In this document: positions 37,941 to 47,491 of the stretch, in pieces | Layout: every line of letters starts with the position of its first letter | Numbering within the stretch: position 1 is the first letter of the stretch | Program-made: the position numbers and the translations under genes | NCBI GenBank assembly: GCA_964579055.1 | Contig: CAZOFX010000003.1 | Location: 39,551-103,550, forward strand | DNA: 64,000 bases | Direction: 5' to 3' | Origin: an uncultured Pirellulales bacterium | GTDB taxonomy: Bacteria > Planctomycetota > Phycisphaerae > Sedimentisphaerales > Anaerobacaceae | Notes under the pieces: model-generated | The model's input: the letters and a program-made list of their open reading frames with translations, nothing else | Told to the model about the DNA's origin: nothing | The model's database searches: none

Positions 37941-38957
37941 ATGGGCAAAAGCATCCGTCTTGCGTTGACCTCTTTGATTGTGGCGATTGGCTTTGTTTGC
38001 GTCTCTGGGGCCGGCGAGGCCGATCCGTACATCGGGCGCTGGGCCCTGACCATTCCCGGCGGGGGCGCCGGCTGGCTCGGTGTCACGCAGGAGGATGGAT
38101 ACCTCGACGCCAGTATCCTCTGGGGTGGCGGCAGCGTCGTCCCGGTCGACAGCGTCTTCCTGGTCGAAGACAGTCTGTATGTGGTCCGTCTTCAGAAGGT
38201 GGACCGCAAGGATGCATCGGGCAATGTGGTTCGCACACAGACGTTCCCCGAGGTTCTCGTCGCGAACGCTTACGGCGAGACCATGCAACTGACGCAGATG
38301 CAGCCTCATCGAAACGGCATCGGTATCGATCAACGAGAGTTCACGGGCAAGCGAATCCCCGAGTTGCCGGCCAAGCCGGACCTGGCGAAGGTCAAATTCG
38401 GCCAGCCGATCCCCTTGTTCGATGGAACGGGCCTCGACGGGTGGGAGTTGACCAGTCCGGGCCAGACCAACGGCTGGTCGGTCGTTGAAGGCGTTCTCGT
38501 CAACAATCCCGTTCAGAAGGAAGGCGAGCGCCACATCTCGTACGGCAACCTTCGCACCAAGGCCCAGTTCGAGGATTTCAATCTGAAGCTCGAAGTCAAC
38601 GTGGGCCGACGCGAGAACAGCGGCGTTTACCTGCGCGGCATCTATGAGGTCCAGATCACCGACAGCTTGGGCCGGCCGCTCGATTCGCACAACATGGGCG
38701 GCATCTACAGCCGGATCACGCCTCGCGTCAACGCCGAGAAGCCAGCCGGCCAGTGGCAGACGATGGACATCACCCTCGTGGATCGCCACGTGACGGTCAA
38801 ACTCAACGGCACGACAATCATCGACAACGAGCCGCTGCTCGGTTGCACCGGCGGCGCGTTGTGGTCCGATGAGTCTCGTCCCGGCCCCATCTATCTCCAG
38901 GGCGATCACACGGGTGTCAAGTACCGCAATATCGTCTTGACCCCGGTCGTGAAGTAG
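37941..38957 (+). CDS. DUF1080 (3-keto-disaccharide hydrolase) family protein
   Basis: Signal peptide; LFDGTGLDGW, NSGVYLRGIYEVQI, GQWQTMDI, IYLQGDH. Confidence 0.9.
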   Translation: MGKSIRLALTSLIVAIGFVCVSGAGEADPYIGRWALTIPGGGAGWLGVTQEDGYLDASILWGGGSVVPVDSVFLVEDSLYVVRLQKVDRKDASGNVVRTQTFPEVLVANAYGETMQLTQMQPHRNGIGIDQREFTGKRIPELPAKPDLAKVKFGQPIPLFDGTGLDGWELTSPGQTNGWSVVEGVLVNNPVQKEGERHISYGNLRTKAQFEDFNLKLEVNVGRRENSGVYLRGIYEVQITDSLGRPLDSHNMGGIYSRITPRVNAEKPAGQWQTMDITLVDRHVTVKLNGTTIIDNEPLLGCTGGALWSDESRPGPIYLQGDHTGVKYRNIVLTPVVK

Positions 38958-38985
38958 GTACGGGCGAATAATGATTCGCCCCTAC
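38958..38985 (-). repeat. GTAG REP-like hairpin
   Basis: gtacgggcgaataatgattcgcccctac between convergent genes. Confidence 0.85.
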
Positions 38986-39013
38986 GCACACCGGCGCCAG
39001 CGTGCGCGTTGGG

Positions 39014-39835
39014 TCAGCGGCCCATGCGGAGCAGGCGCTCGATGCGCTCGTTTGTGGGTGGGTGTGTCATGAACAGCTTGGCCATGCCGCTGCCGGTCAG
39101 CGGCGCGACGATGAACATATTGCTCTGAGCGTCGGGCACGCGCAGCGGAATGCGCCGGCTCATCGCGTCGAGCTTCTGAAGCGCCTGGGCCAGGCCGCGT
39201 CCGCTGCCGGCCAGCTCGGCGCCGCGACGGTCCGCCTCGAACTCGCGGCTGCGGCTGATCGCCATTTGCAGCAGCGCCGCCGCCAGGGGCGCCAGGATCA
39301 TCAGGACCAGCGCCACCAGCGGATTGGACCGCCGGTCGCTGCCGCCCCAGAAGACCAGGTAGGTCAGCCACGAGATCGCGCCGGCGATCACGGCCGCGAT
39401 CGTGCTGATGAGAATGTCCCTGTGCTGGATGTGCGACAGCTCATGTGCGATGACGCCTTCGAGCTCATCGCGCGAGAGCATCTGCCGCAGGCCCTGAGTG
39501 ACGCAGACCGCGCTGTGCTTCGGATTGCGGCCTGTGGCGAACGCGTTGGGTGCCGGCGCAGGCGAGATATAGACCCTGGGCATGGGCAGGCCCGCGCGGC
39601 CCGCCAGCGTCTGGACGATCTGCCAGAGCGCTGGGTCATCGTTGGGGCCGATCTGGACCGCCCGCATCGTCGCCAGCGCGATCTTGTCGCTGAAGAAGTA
39701 CGCCAGGAGGTTCATGCCCGCCCCGATCGCGAACGCCGGAAACAACGCCGCACGCCCGCCGACGAGGTAGCCCACCGCCAGACACAAGCCCATCAGTCCC
39801 GATAGCAGCAGCGTCGTCTTGAAGTTGTTCCACAT
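39014..39835 (-). CDS. htpX: Zinc metalloprotease HtpX
   Basis: PNAFATGRNP, HELSHI, ISRSREFEAD, FMTHPP. Confidence 0.93.
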   Translation of the reverse strand: MWNNFKTTLLLSGLMGLCLAVGYLVGGRAALFPAFAIGAGMNLLAYFFSDKIALATMRAVQIGPNDDPALWQIVQTLAGRAGLPMPRVYISPAPAPNAFATGRNPKHSAVCVTQGLRQMLSRDELEGVIAHELSHIQHRDILISTIAAVIAGAISWLTYLVFWGGSDRRSNPLVALVLMILAPLAAALLQMAISRSREFEADRRGAELAGSGRGLAQALQKLDAMSRRIPLRVPDAQSNMFIVAPLTGSGMAKLFMTHPPTNERIERLLRMGR

Positions 39836-40074
39836 CCTGTACATCTCTATCATCCTCGGCCAGAGTGATCTGCACATGCACCGTTCTGTTCTTATCTACG
39901 AACGCCGGCGTCCGTGGTTTGCGCCGACGTCATGCAATGACGTGCAAAGAACGTGCCAGCAATGCCTCATCGCCTGCAACCGACGCCAGGACAACAAGAT
40001 AAACCAGGATCTCGCCATGCCGGCCGTCGGTGCCTGTCTGCCATCCCGGCAGACACAGCGATGCACTCAGCCTT

Positions 40075-40833
40075 CTATTTGTCGAGAGCGAGATTGACGA
40101 TCCTGACGTCGGGGTCGAAGTCTTTGCCGGTGGCGACGGCCTTGCCGGTCTTGTCGGCGGCGACGCTGTGGCCGGCGTAGGTCATGCCCGTCCAGGGGCC
40201 GTGTGTGATCTGTCCGATCAGGTTCGTCCCGACCACGGGCGCTCCGATGGTTTTCGCGGCGTTGGCGACGACTTCCTCCAACGCCTTGCCATGCTCGGGC
40301 CAGGCCTCCTCGCGTGCGGCGTAGCCGTAGGGCACGATCACGAGCTTGGGATGCAACTCCCTCATACTCGTGAGGATCTCGGCGCTGTGCGTATCGGCGC
40401 AGATCAGCAGGCCGATCCGGCCGAGCTTCGTCTTCGTAATCGTGACATCGCGACCCGGCGTGTACGGAGGCGCCATCAGCTCCGTCAGGATGTTGATCTT
40501 GCGGTGCTTCGACAGGATTCGTCCATCGGGCCCGATCAGAATCGCGCTGTCGTGCAAGTGCTCGCCGTCTTTCTCTGCCAGACCGGCGCAGAGGAAGACA
40601 CTGTGTCGCTTCGCCATCTCGCAGAGGCGGTCGGAGTCTTCCCCCGGGATCGCGTGGGCCCTTTCATGCGCGTCGGGGTTGACCCAGCCGTAGATCGCCA
40701 TCTCGGGCAGACACACGATCTCGGCCTTGCCCGCCACCGCCTCGGCTACGGCCCGCTCGGCGCGGGCAAGGTTGCCTTTCCGGTCGCCGTCGAGACAGAC
40801 GGTCTGGCACATCGCGATCCGCACGCTTGGCAT
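40075..40833 (-). CDS. Carbon-nitrogen hydrolase (nitrilase superfamily)
   Basis: Catalytic E-K-C: LPEM, KHRK, LICAD. Confidence 0.92.
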   Translation of the reverse strand: MPSVRIAMCQTVCLDGDRKGNLARAERAVAEAVAGKAEIVCLPEMAIYGWVNPDAHERAHAIPGEDSDRLCEMAKRHSVFLCAGLAEKDGEHLHDSAILIGPDGRILSKHRKINILTELMAPPYTPGRDVTITKTKLGRIGLLICADTHSAEILTSMRELHPKLVIVPYGYAAREEAWPEHGKALEEVVANAAKTIGAPVVGTNLIGQITHGPWTGMTYAGHSVAADKTGKAVATGKDFDPDVRIVNLALDK

Positions 40834-40845
40834 CGGCGTCCTCCT

Positions 40846-42258
40846 TTAGATGGTCCACCCTTCGCGGTAGCCGGGCTGGATGAATGCGTTGGCCTCGGTC
40901 GCGTTCGTGACGTTCATCTTCTTCCAGTCGAAGTCGAGCTTCGTGCCCGCTCGCAGCGCGACATTGCCCATCAGCACGAATTCCGTCAGCGGACCGGCGT
41001 AGTCGAAGTGCGTGGTCGTCCTGGCCTCGCCTCGGCAGGCGTCGAGCCAGTTGCTATGATGGCCCGTGACACGGGATAGGGTCTTGGGTGGGCGCTTGTA
41101 GGCCCTCATCTTCGATTCGGGGATGATTCGGGGCGACCGGCCCCAGCCTTCGCCGAGGATGGAGCCTTTGGTGCCGACGAAGAGGATGCCGTTCTCGCCC
41201 AGGCTGCGCCCCGCCTCCAACTCCGCCGGGCGCGGCGGCATCACGCCGCCTTCGTACCAGGTGATTCGCACCGGGCCCATGCCCGCGCGGGCCGGGACGT
41301 CGAAGTAGATCAGCGAGGCGGATGGACAGTTCTCTTCGGTCACGCCGCATGCACTGGCCTCGACGCTGAACCGCTCGCACTGGTCGATCTTCAGCGCCCA
41401 GAATGCGGGATCGAGGTGGTGACATGCGAAGTCGCCGATCGTCCCCGAGCCGAACTGCCACCAGGCCCGCCAGCGAACCGGCGCATAGTCGGGGTGGTAT
41501 GGGCGCGGGGGCACCGGCTCGAGCCAGCGGTCCCAGTCGAAGCCCGCCGGCACGGGAGGCGTTTCTCTCGGACGCGCCTTCAGCGACGTCCAGCGGTTGG
41601 CGCCGGTGGTGGTCCACGCATAGACGTCGTGGACCTCTCCGATCGCGCCGTCCCAGATCCATTCACAGGTCAGGCGGATATCCTCGCTGGAGTGCCCGAA
41701 GTTGCCGAGTTGGGTGGCGACTCCCATTCTGCGGGCGGCCTCAGTTACGACGCGCGTCTCATACACGGTCCGGCACAGCGGCTTCTCGCAGTAGAGGTGC
41801 TTGCCCTTGGCCATCGCCGCCAGCGAAATGATGGCGTGCGAGTGGTCCGGGGTGGCCAGCAGCACCGCGTCGATGTCTTCTTTGTCCAGCATCTCGTGGT
41901 AGTCACGATACGTCGGGCAAGGCGCGCCGTACTGCCGGCGGACCAGTTCGAGAGCCGGCTTGAGCCCCGCGGTGTCACCGTAGTAGAACATGCTGTAGTC
42001 GCTCTCGTCGTTGAGGTCGCACAAGGACACGACGCGGGCGTTGGGCTCGTTGAAGAGCTGTTTCATGTTGACGATGCCCTGGCCGCCCGTGCCGATGATG
42101 GCGACGTTGACTTTTTCGCTGGGAGCCGCGTTGCCCCGCCCGCCCCGGACATGGCGGGGGACCACCGTGAAGGCGGCGGCCGTCGCGGCGGCGCCCAGCA
42201 CGTCCCGGCGCGTCATGGATTTCTGTCTGCTGCTGGAGCCGGTCTTTCGCGTTGTCAT
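40846..42258 (-). CDS. Gfo/Idh/MocA family oxidoreductase (Tat signal)
   Basis: TRRDVL; IGTGGQG; ATPDHSH; YCEKPL; paralog of 6877..8295. Confidence 0.93.
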   Translation of the reverse strand: MTTRKTGSSSRQKSMTRRDVLGAAATAAAFTVVPRHVRGGRGNAAPSEKVNVAIIGTGGQGIVNMKQLFNEPNARVVSLCDLNDESDYSMFYYGDTAGLKPALELVRRQYGAPCPTYRDYHEMLDKEDIDAVLLATPDHSHAIISLAAMAKGKHLYCEKPLCRTVYETRVVTEAARRMGVATQLGNFGHSSEDIRLTCEWIWDGAIGEVHDVYAWTTTGANRWTSLKARPRETPPVPAGFDWDRWLEPVPPRPYHPDYAPVRWRAWWQFGSGTIGDFACHHLDPAFWALKIDQCERFSVEASACGVTEENCPSASLIYFDVPARAGMGPVRITWYEGGVMPPRPAELEAGRSLGENGILFVGTKGSILGEGWGRSPRIIPESKMRAYKRPPKTLSRVTGHHSNWLDACRGEARTTTHFDYAGPLTEFVLMGNVALRAGTKLDFDWKKMNVTNATEANAFIQPGYREGWTI

Positions 42259-42554
42259 GAAGGGTCTCCTCTATGTCTTCTTTCGTTCCGCCCGCTCACC
42301 CTGCGCCCGCCGAGCCGCAACGCCCGACGGGGCGCGCATAGAATAACATCTCTGTGCCAGGGTTACGAGTCTGCTCCTCGGTGTGCGGGACTATGGGCAA
42401 GGCGATGCGGAAATCATAGGAGACGCGCGTGAACCACACTGGCCTCGCACGGTGAGCCGGATGTGTGCACGGGATGTTTGACGGCTGACTCTGAGGTATG
42501 GCTTATCGGAAGGGAAGATGCGAGCCGGACTCTCCGCCTCGGCGCCCAAGGCCG

Positions 42555-42647
42555 CTACGTCCCTGAGAGCAGGAAGCTCAGCATGAGGATCACGCCAACG
42601 ATCAGAACGACCGCCGTGATCACCAGCTCCACCCGATTCACGATCAT
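42555..42647 (-). CDS. 30-aa single-TM small protein (below ORF-track cutoff)
   Basis: MIVNRVELVITAVVLIVGVILMLSFLLSGT*; AAGGAG 7 nt upstream. Confidence 0.6.
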   Translation of the reverse strand: MIVNRVELVITAVVLIVGVILMLSFLLSGT

Positions 42648-42697
42648 GCCGCTACTCCTTCGCCCAGATCCCACATGGGCTTCCTTCTCCTATCCAA

Positions 42698-42725
42698 ACC
42701 ATAGGTTATGCGTTGCCGTGGTCAA
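42698..42725 (-). promoter_or_regulatory. Putative sigma70 promoter for the small protein
   Basis: TTGACC-N16-TATGGT on minus strand. Confidence 0.4.
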
Positions 42726-42855
42726 TTGGGGAGACTACGTATTTTGTTGTCCCGACGCCCGGCCCGCGTGCCGGGAACCGTCTGCGGCGCTCCGAATAGG
42801 CCCTTCTGGGCGGCGGGTTCCAATGGTACGCAGGGAAAAAGCCCTCTTTGGGTGC

Positions 42856-42911
42856 AAAAAAAGAGCCCCCGCAATTTGATGAGGGAGAGGAAGCGAGACT
42901 ATGCGGGGGCT
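42856..42911 (-). terminator. Intrinsic terminator-like hairpin with large CU-rich loop
   Basis: agcccccgca/tgcgggggct 10-bp stem followed by CUUUUUUU on minus strand. Confidence 0.7.
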
Positions 42912-42932
42912 TAGAGGCGAAATTCATTACTA
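42856..42932 (-). ncRNA. Candidate ~75-nt small RNA
   Basis: Extended -10 TGtTATCAT (42938-42946, minus) upstream of the terminator; no ORF between them. Confidence 0.4.
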
Positions 42933-43316
42933 ACATTATGATAACACGATGTCCGTTCCAAGGCTACAAGGAAAATCCTCGTACCGGCGAATTCTTTTCC
43001 ATACTCTCGGCGCACCGACGGCCGGGTGACTCTGGGCGATTTGTGCCCCGGCGGGGCGCCGGAAACCTCATTCTTGGGCCAAAAACGAGGCTGGTCAAGG
43101 CTCCTGCAGCGGAATGGGCCTGATTTCGCGGTCCCATCGCGTCCGCGAAGCCATCGGCAAGGAAAGAAATTCTTCGTCTGCGACGGCTTTTTTCTGTCCA
43201 CGCCGGCGGTCTGACAGACGCCTGCGCAATGGCCAGGGGTCTGCGGATGCCTCTATTGGGATCTTCCTCCTTCCCGTGAGCCCTTGGCCGTTTTGTTTCG
43301 TCTGCTCGATGTGTTT

Positions 43317-43757
43317 TCAAGACGAGCGTGGCGATCGGGTGAATTGAGGTGCCGTCGGGGAGGTGCTCTGTGCCCCGGCGGATTCGGCTGCCGCGCCGAG
43401 CAGGATGCCGGCGCTGTAGCAGATCAGGTCGCTCCACTGGAATCCAAAACCCAGCAGGAGGGCGCCGGGCGTCGTATGCCGCAGGGCGTCGATCCACGGC
43501 GCCCGATAGAGCTGGCTCAATTCGACACCGTAGGAGATGAGTGCTGCGCCAATTGCCAATCGCATGGTGGTAGCCCTGGGCAAGAGCAGGCCGAGGACCA
43601 GGAAGACCGCCAGGGCCCAGAGGGTATCGCCGGCATAGGCTCGCACGAGCGCCGGCAGGTGGTCCGCGCCGGACGAGCGTGAAAGCAAGCCGGCCGCAAT
43701 CGTCACGCCGAGCGCGACGACGTAGCTGAACCGGTTTCTTTGTCGGGCGTGATCCAT
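43317..43757 (-). CDS. DUF2809 family membrane protein
   Basis: GLLSRS, YAGDTLWAL, ELSQLYRAPWIDALR, LLGFGFQWSDLICY. Confidence 0.88.
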   Translation of the reverse strand: MDHARQRNRFSYVVALGVTIAAGLLSRSSGADHLPALVRAYAGDTLWALAVFLVLGLLLPRATTMRLAIGAALISYGVELSQLYRAPWIDALRHTTPGALLLGFGFQWSDLICYSAGILLGAAAESAGAQSTSPTAPQFTRSPRSS

Positions 43758-43765
43758 CTGCGCAT

Positions 43766-45211
43766 CTACTTGTAGTCGGCGCCGTTGAGACTTCGCACCA
43801 CCGATGCGAGCCACGCTTCGAGTTGTGCCTTCATCGTCTCGACGCGCTCGGACTGCTGTTCGAGAAGGTCGTTCCCTTCCTGCGGGTCGTCGGCGAGGTT
43901 GTACAACTCGATTGTCACGTCGTCGCCCTTCTCGATTCGATGCAGCTTCCAGGGCCAGTCGAGCCATGCCGCATGGCCGGGGAAGTGGTCCTCGGGGTAT
44001 TGCTCGGTGATCTCGCCCGCGTCGAGCCGCAGACGCGATGGGTTGTCAACCGGCTTGCCCGCCTTCTGCGCTTCGAGCAGGCTCGTCATCCACTCCTTGC
44101 TCGGGGTCGACACGCCGCGCGTGGGATGGTCCCAGAAGCCCATCGGTCTGGGCCGTGACGTCATTCTGCCCTCGATCAGCGGAACCAGGCTGATTCCATC
44201 CAGCGTAGGCTGGTTGTCTACGGTGACGCCTGTAATCTCCAGCAGGGTCGGATAAATGTCCGATGTGTTGCAGGGGACATCGGTCGTACGCGGCTTCGGG
44301 ATCGCGACCGGCCATTCGAGGATCGCTGGGACGCGCAGGCCGCCTTCGTAGATCTGCGCCTTGTTGCCCCGACCGCCGGTGGCGCCGACGCCGGGCAGCC
44401 CCCCGTTGTCGCTGCAATACCACAGGATGGTGTTCTGGTGGATGCCGAGGGTGCGCAGCTCGTTTCGCAGCTTGCCGAACGCGCGGTCCATGCCGGTGAT
44501 CTCGCCGTAGAAGTGCTGGTGCTTCTCGTCCTGGTCTTCGTAGAGGGCGCGATCCTCTTCGATGGCCTGGTGTGGCAGGTGCGGCGAGCCGAACCAGACC
44601 ACCGCCAGGAACGGCCAGGGCGAGTCGGCGTGCTTGCGGATGAATTCGATGGCCGCGTCGACCGTGACCATCGAGCTTTCGCCGTGCATCTGAACCGCAG
44701 TCCCTTCCCGGCTGAGGATCGGGTCGTTGTCGAAGAAGTTCGGCGCCGACAGCCACTCGTCGAAGCCGCTGGCGCCGGGGTTGACCGGGCTGCCCTTGCA
44801 CACCGAGCCGAGGTGCCACTTGCCGAAGTGGCCCGTGGTGTAGCCGCCGATCTGGAGCGCCTCGGCGATCGTCACCTCCTGAGGCCGCAGCGAGTGGCCC
44901 CACTTGAAGCAGCCGAAGCGGTTCGGATGCCGGCCGGTCATGACGCTGCCGCGCGTGGGCGAGCAGACCGGCGCGGCCGCGTAGAAGCGGTCGAACCGCA
45001 GACCCGCGCGGGCCATCTCATCGAAGTGCGGCGTTTTGAGCGTCGGGTGGCCGTTGTAGGCCATGTCGCCCCAGCCCTGGTCGTCGGCCATGACCAGCAC
45101 GATATTGGGCTTCTTCGGCGCCACATCGGCCAGCGCCTTCGGACCCTTCAAACCGGCCAGGCACAGCCCCGCTCCGGCCGCCTTCAAAAACGCACGACGA
45201 TTCATCTCCAT
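43766..45211 (-). CDS. Arylsulfatase/sulfatase family protein (Tat signal)
   Basis: NRRAFL; MADDQGWGD; CSPTRGSVMTGR; GKWHLG; SDNGG. Confidence 0.95.
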   Translation of the reverse strand: MEMNRRAFLKAAGAGLCLAGLKGPKALADVAPKKPNIVLVMADDQGWGDMAYNGHPTLKTPHFDEMARAGLRFDRFYAAAPVCSPTRGSVMTGRHPNRFGCFKWGHSLRPQEVTIAEALQIGGYTTGHFGKWHLGSVCKGSPVNPGASGFDEWLSAPNFFDNDPILSREGTAVQMHGESSMVTVDAAIEFIRKHADSPWPFLAVVWFGSPHLPHQAIEEDRALYEDQDEKHQHFYGEITGMDRAFGKLRNELRTLGIHQNTILWYCSDNGGLPGVGATGGRGNKAQIYEGGLRVPAILEWPVAIPKPRTTDVPCNTSDIYPTLLEITGVTVDNQPTLDGISLVPLIEGRMTSRPRPMGFWDHPTRGVSTPSKEWMTSLLEAQKAGKPVDNPSRLRLDAGEITEQYPEDHFPGHAAWLDWPWKLHRIEKGDDVTIELYNLADDPQEGNDLLEQQSERVETMKAQLEAWLASVVRSLNGADYK

Positions 45212-45572
45212 GCCACCACTCCTTTCGCGATCTACCCCTTCTCGCCGCATAGGTCTGGCGCCGACCCGCCCGGCGCCCCATAGCATACCGCTTCCCGCCC
45301 GACATTTCGACCCCGTATTGCCGTCGCCCGAAGCGCGTATCTCGTGTTCCGTACCTCGCATCTCGGTCCACAAACAAAGCCTATACGGAGGCGTCCCGCG
45401 AAGCTGGCCATCTCCAGCACGTACGTGACTTGACCGGCCCGTTCCGCGACGCTACAATACTGTCGATAGGCAAAGGAGACGCGGAATGTGGAAGCAATCA
45501 TTCGGAGAGAGTGCCGGACCCCTTTCCCCGTCGGCCCCCTTTCCATCGTTCACCTTTTTGGGAGGTCTTCAC

Positions 45573-46160
45573 ATGAAGCGCAAGCTGCAAGTTCCGATCG
45601 TTGTCGTTTTGTTTCTCCTGCTCTGCCTGATCCCGTTCTCGGACGCGGGGCAGACTGCTCCGGAGTCGTACTACACGCAGTTGAAGTCTCTGGTGACGGG
45701 ACGGTGTTCTCTCCGGGTCCGTCCGAAGCCGTCGGAGCGAGACATCAACCTGATCGCGATTGAGGACGGGGCAGCAGGGGTCCTCTTTGGCGCCACGATG
45801 GATGACGTGATTGCCATTTGGGGCAAGCCAGACAGCCTCATGATCGATGGGATCAGGCCGGTGTGGGATCTGGGGATTGGCGCGTGCCGATTCGGCTTTG
45901 TCGACAATCGCCTGGTGACCATTTCGGTTCACTCTGCCACAATCGAAAAGGCTTATCTGCCGAACGGCCTGAGCTTTGAATCCTCTTACGAGGAGGTAGA
46001 GTCCGCGTTCGGTGAGCCCATCGAAGCGACGGACCTCAATCTGGAGTTCGCCACGGAGAACAGCTATCTGGTTCGCTTTCACTTTGCCCCGGACCTGGGC
46101 GCCCTGGGCAAGCGCAAACTCATCAACATTGAGATCTGTCATCCCGATTCGGGAGAGTAG
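45573..46160 (+). CDS. Secreted hypothetical protein
   Basis: ggagg RBS; signal peptide. Confidence 0.7.
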   Translation: MKRKLQVPIVVVLFLLLCLIPFSDAGQTAPESYYTQLKSLVTGRCSLRVRPKPSERDINLIAIEDGAAGVLFGATMDDVIAIWGKPDSLMIDGIRPVWDLGIGACRFGFVDNRLVTISVHSATIEKAYLPNGLSFESSYEEVESAFGEPIEATDLNLEFATENSYLVRFHFAPDLGALGKRKLINIEICHPDSGE

Positions 46161-46204
46161 GGCACGCATTGACAAGCGGGGCCATCATGTTGGAGGAAAG
46201 ACGC

Positions 46205-47464
46205 ATGAGACCGACCTTCGGTGTTCTGATTCTGCTGGTCACATCGGGAATGGCCCTCGCCACGGAACAAGTGCCTGACATATTGCATTACGACGACATG
46301 GAGATACGGGTGAGTACCGGCTGGGGACATCCCTCCCCTTTGCAGACGTACTATTACCAAAAGAGAGTGCTGTACCCATTCCGGGGGCATTCAACGGCGA
46401 ACTACCGAGGGCACGTCGCCGTCTGGAAGATACAGGACGCCGAACTCTACCTGTCGGCGATTCAGACAGACTCTGATCCCAATGGTGGGCATGAGCGTGT
46501 CGTTAAGACATACAAGCCTCGCGAGTATGGCGTAGCCAGCAAGAGTAGGCCTCCATCTCAGAACGGCGATGTACTCGCAGATTGGTTCAGCGGCATACTC
46601 GATTGCCACACGAAGACCGAGGACGGATATCGGTCATACTTTTTCCACGTGCGAGACGGAAGCGTCGTCGATGCGCAGGTCATCACGACGGAGGACTACA
46701 AAACCCTGTCTGAACCTGGAACGGCGCATCTGTGGAGCGAAGACCTGAAGAACAAGAGTAGGATACGTCAGCTCAATATCAACTACATCACCTACTACTA
46801 CAGGCTCAATGAGGAGGATGACATCGAATACAAAGGGCAGAACTGTCGGCTGGAAACGGGGTACGACAGAGTGAGCCCCCTCTTTGGATTTTATGACGAC
46901 AGCCATCTTAACTGGCCTTACAATTGGGAGAACCTGGACAAGAGCGGCTCGCCTCACTGTCGATGGCGGATCGAAGACGACAAGCTGTATCTGACGGGTG
47001 TGGAATTGTACAGTGGTCTCAGTTTCTACAGCATCGATACGGAGAAACTGGATTTGGTCACGCTGTTCCGGGACAAAGTTACGGACGGTGTTGTTGAGGC
47101 CAACTGGGTGAGCGGAGTGTACGTGATCAAGCACGGATCCGTCACGCAGGAGGACGCTGGCTGGCCCGGATATACGTTTACGGTCTTCAACGTGACGGGA
47201 TACACGTACCTGCGAATGAAACAGGGACGACTAACGGAAAGCTATACCGTGCCCGAGGACTCTGACCCTGACGATCTGTCTGAAGATGTGGATCCGGGAC
47301 TGTTCCGGATCATTGAGGACTACCGATTGCCGTCGGTCTTCGGCACATCCTCCGCCGCAACCGACGGAGGCGCGGATCAAGCACAGAACGCTCTTTCTTC
47401 AGCGCAAGCTGTCATTCGGAGCGAGCACCGGACCCTTTGGGCTCTTGGGATTCACACGAGTTGA
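46205..47464 (+). CDS. Secreted hypothetical protein with internally duplicated domain
   Basis: Signal peptide; two units PDILHY..SPL..Y..WKIQDAELYL and DDIEY..SPL..Y..WRIEDDKLYL, each followed by DWFSG/NWVSG. Confidence 0.75.
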   Translation: MRPTFGVLILLVTSGMALATEQVPDILHYDDMEIRVSTGWGHPSPLQTYYYQKRVLYPFRGHSTANYRGHVAVWKIQDAELYLSAIQTDSDPNGGHERVVKTYKPREYGVASKSRPPSQNGDVLADWFSGILDCHTKTEDGYRSYFFHVRDGSVVDAQVITTEDYKTLSEPGTAHLWSEDLKNKSRIRQLNINYITYYYRLNEEDDIEYKGQNCRLETGYDRVSPLFGFYDDSHLNWPYNWENLDKSGSPHCRWRIEDDKLYLTGVELYSGLSFYSIDTEKLDLVTLFRDKVTDGVVEANWVSGVYVIKHGSVTQEDAGWPGYTFTVFNVTGYTYLRMKQGRLTESYTVPEDSDPDDLSEDVDPGLFRIIEDYRLPSVFGTSSAATDGGADQAQNALSSAQAVIRSEHRTLWALGIHTS

Positions 47465-47491
47465 GACGGTATTCAATTGGGAGGGAGAAAG

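Noticed and set aside
42463-43497. Track ORFs in the 42.3-43.3 kb intergenic region
   Set aside because: Low-complexity, Arg/Pro-rich, no RBS or motifs; better explained by non-coding features and the 30-aa ORF
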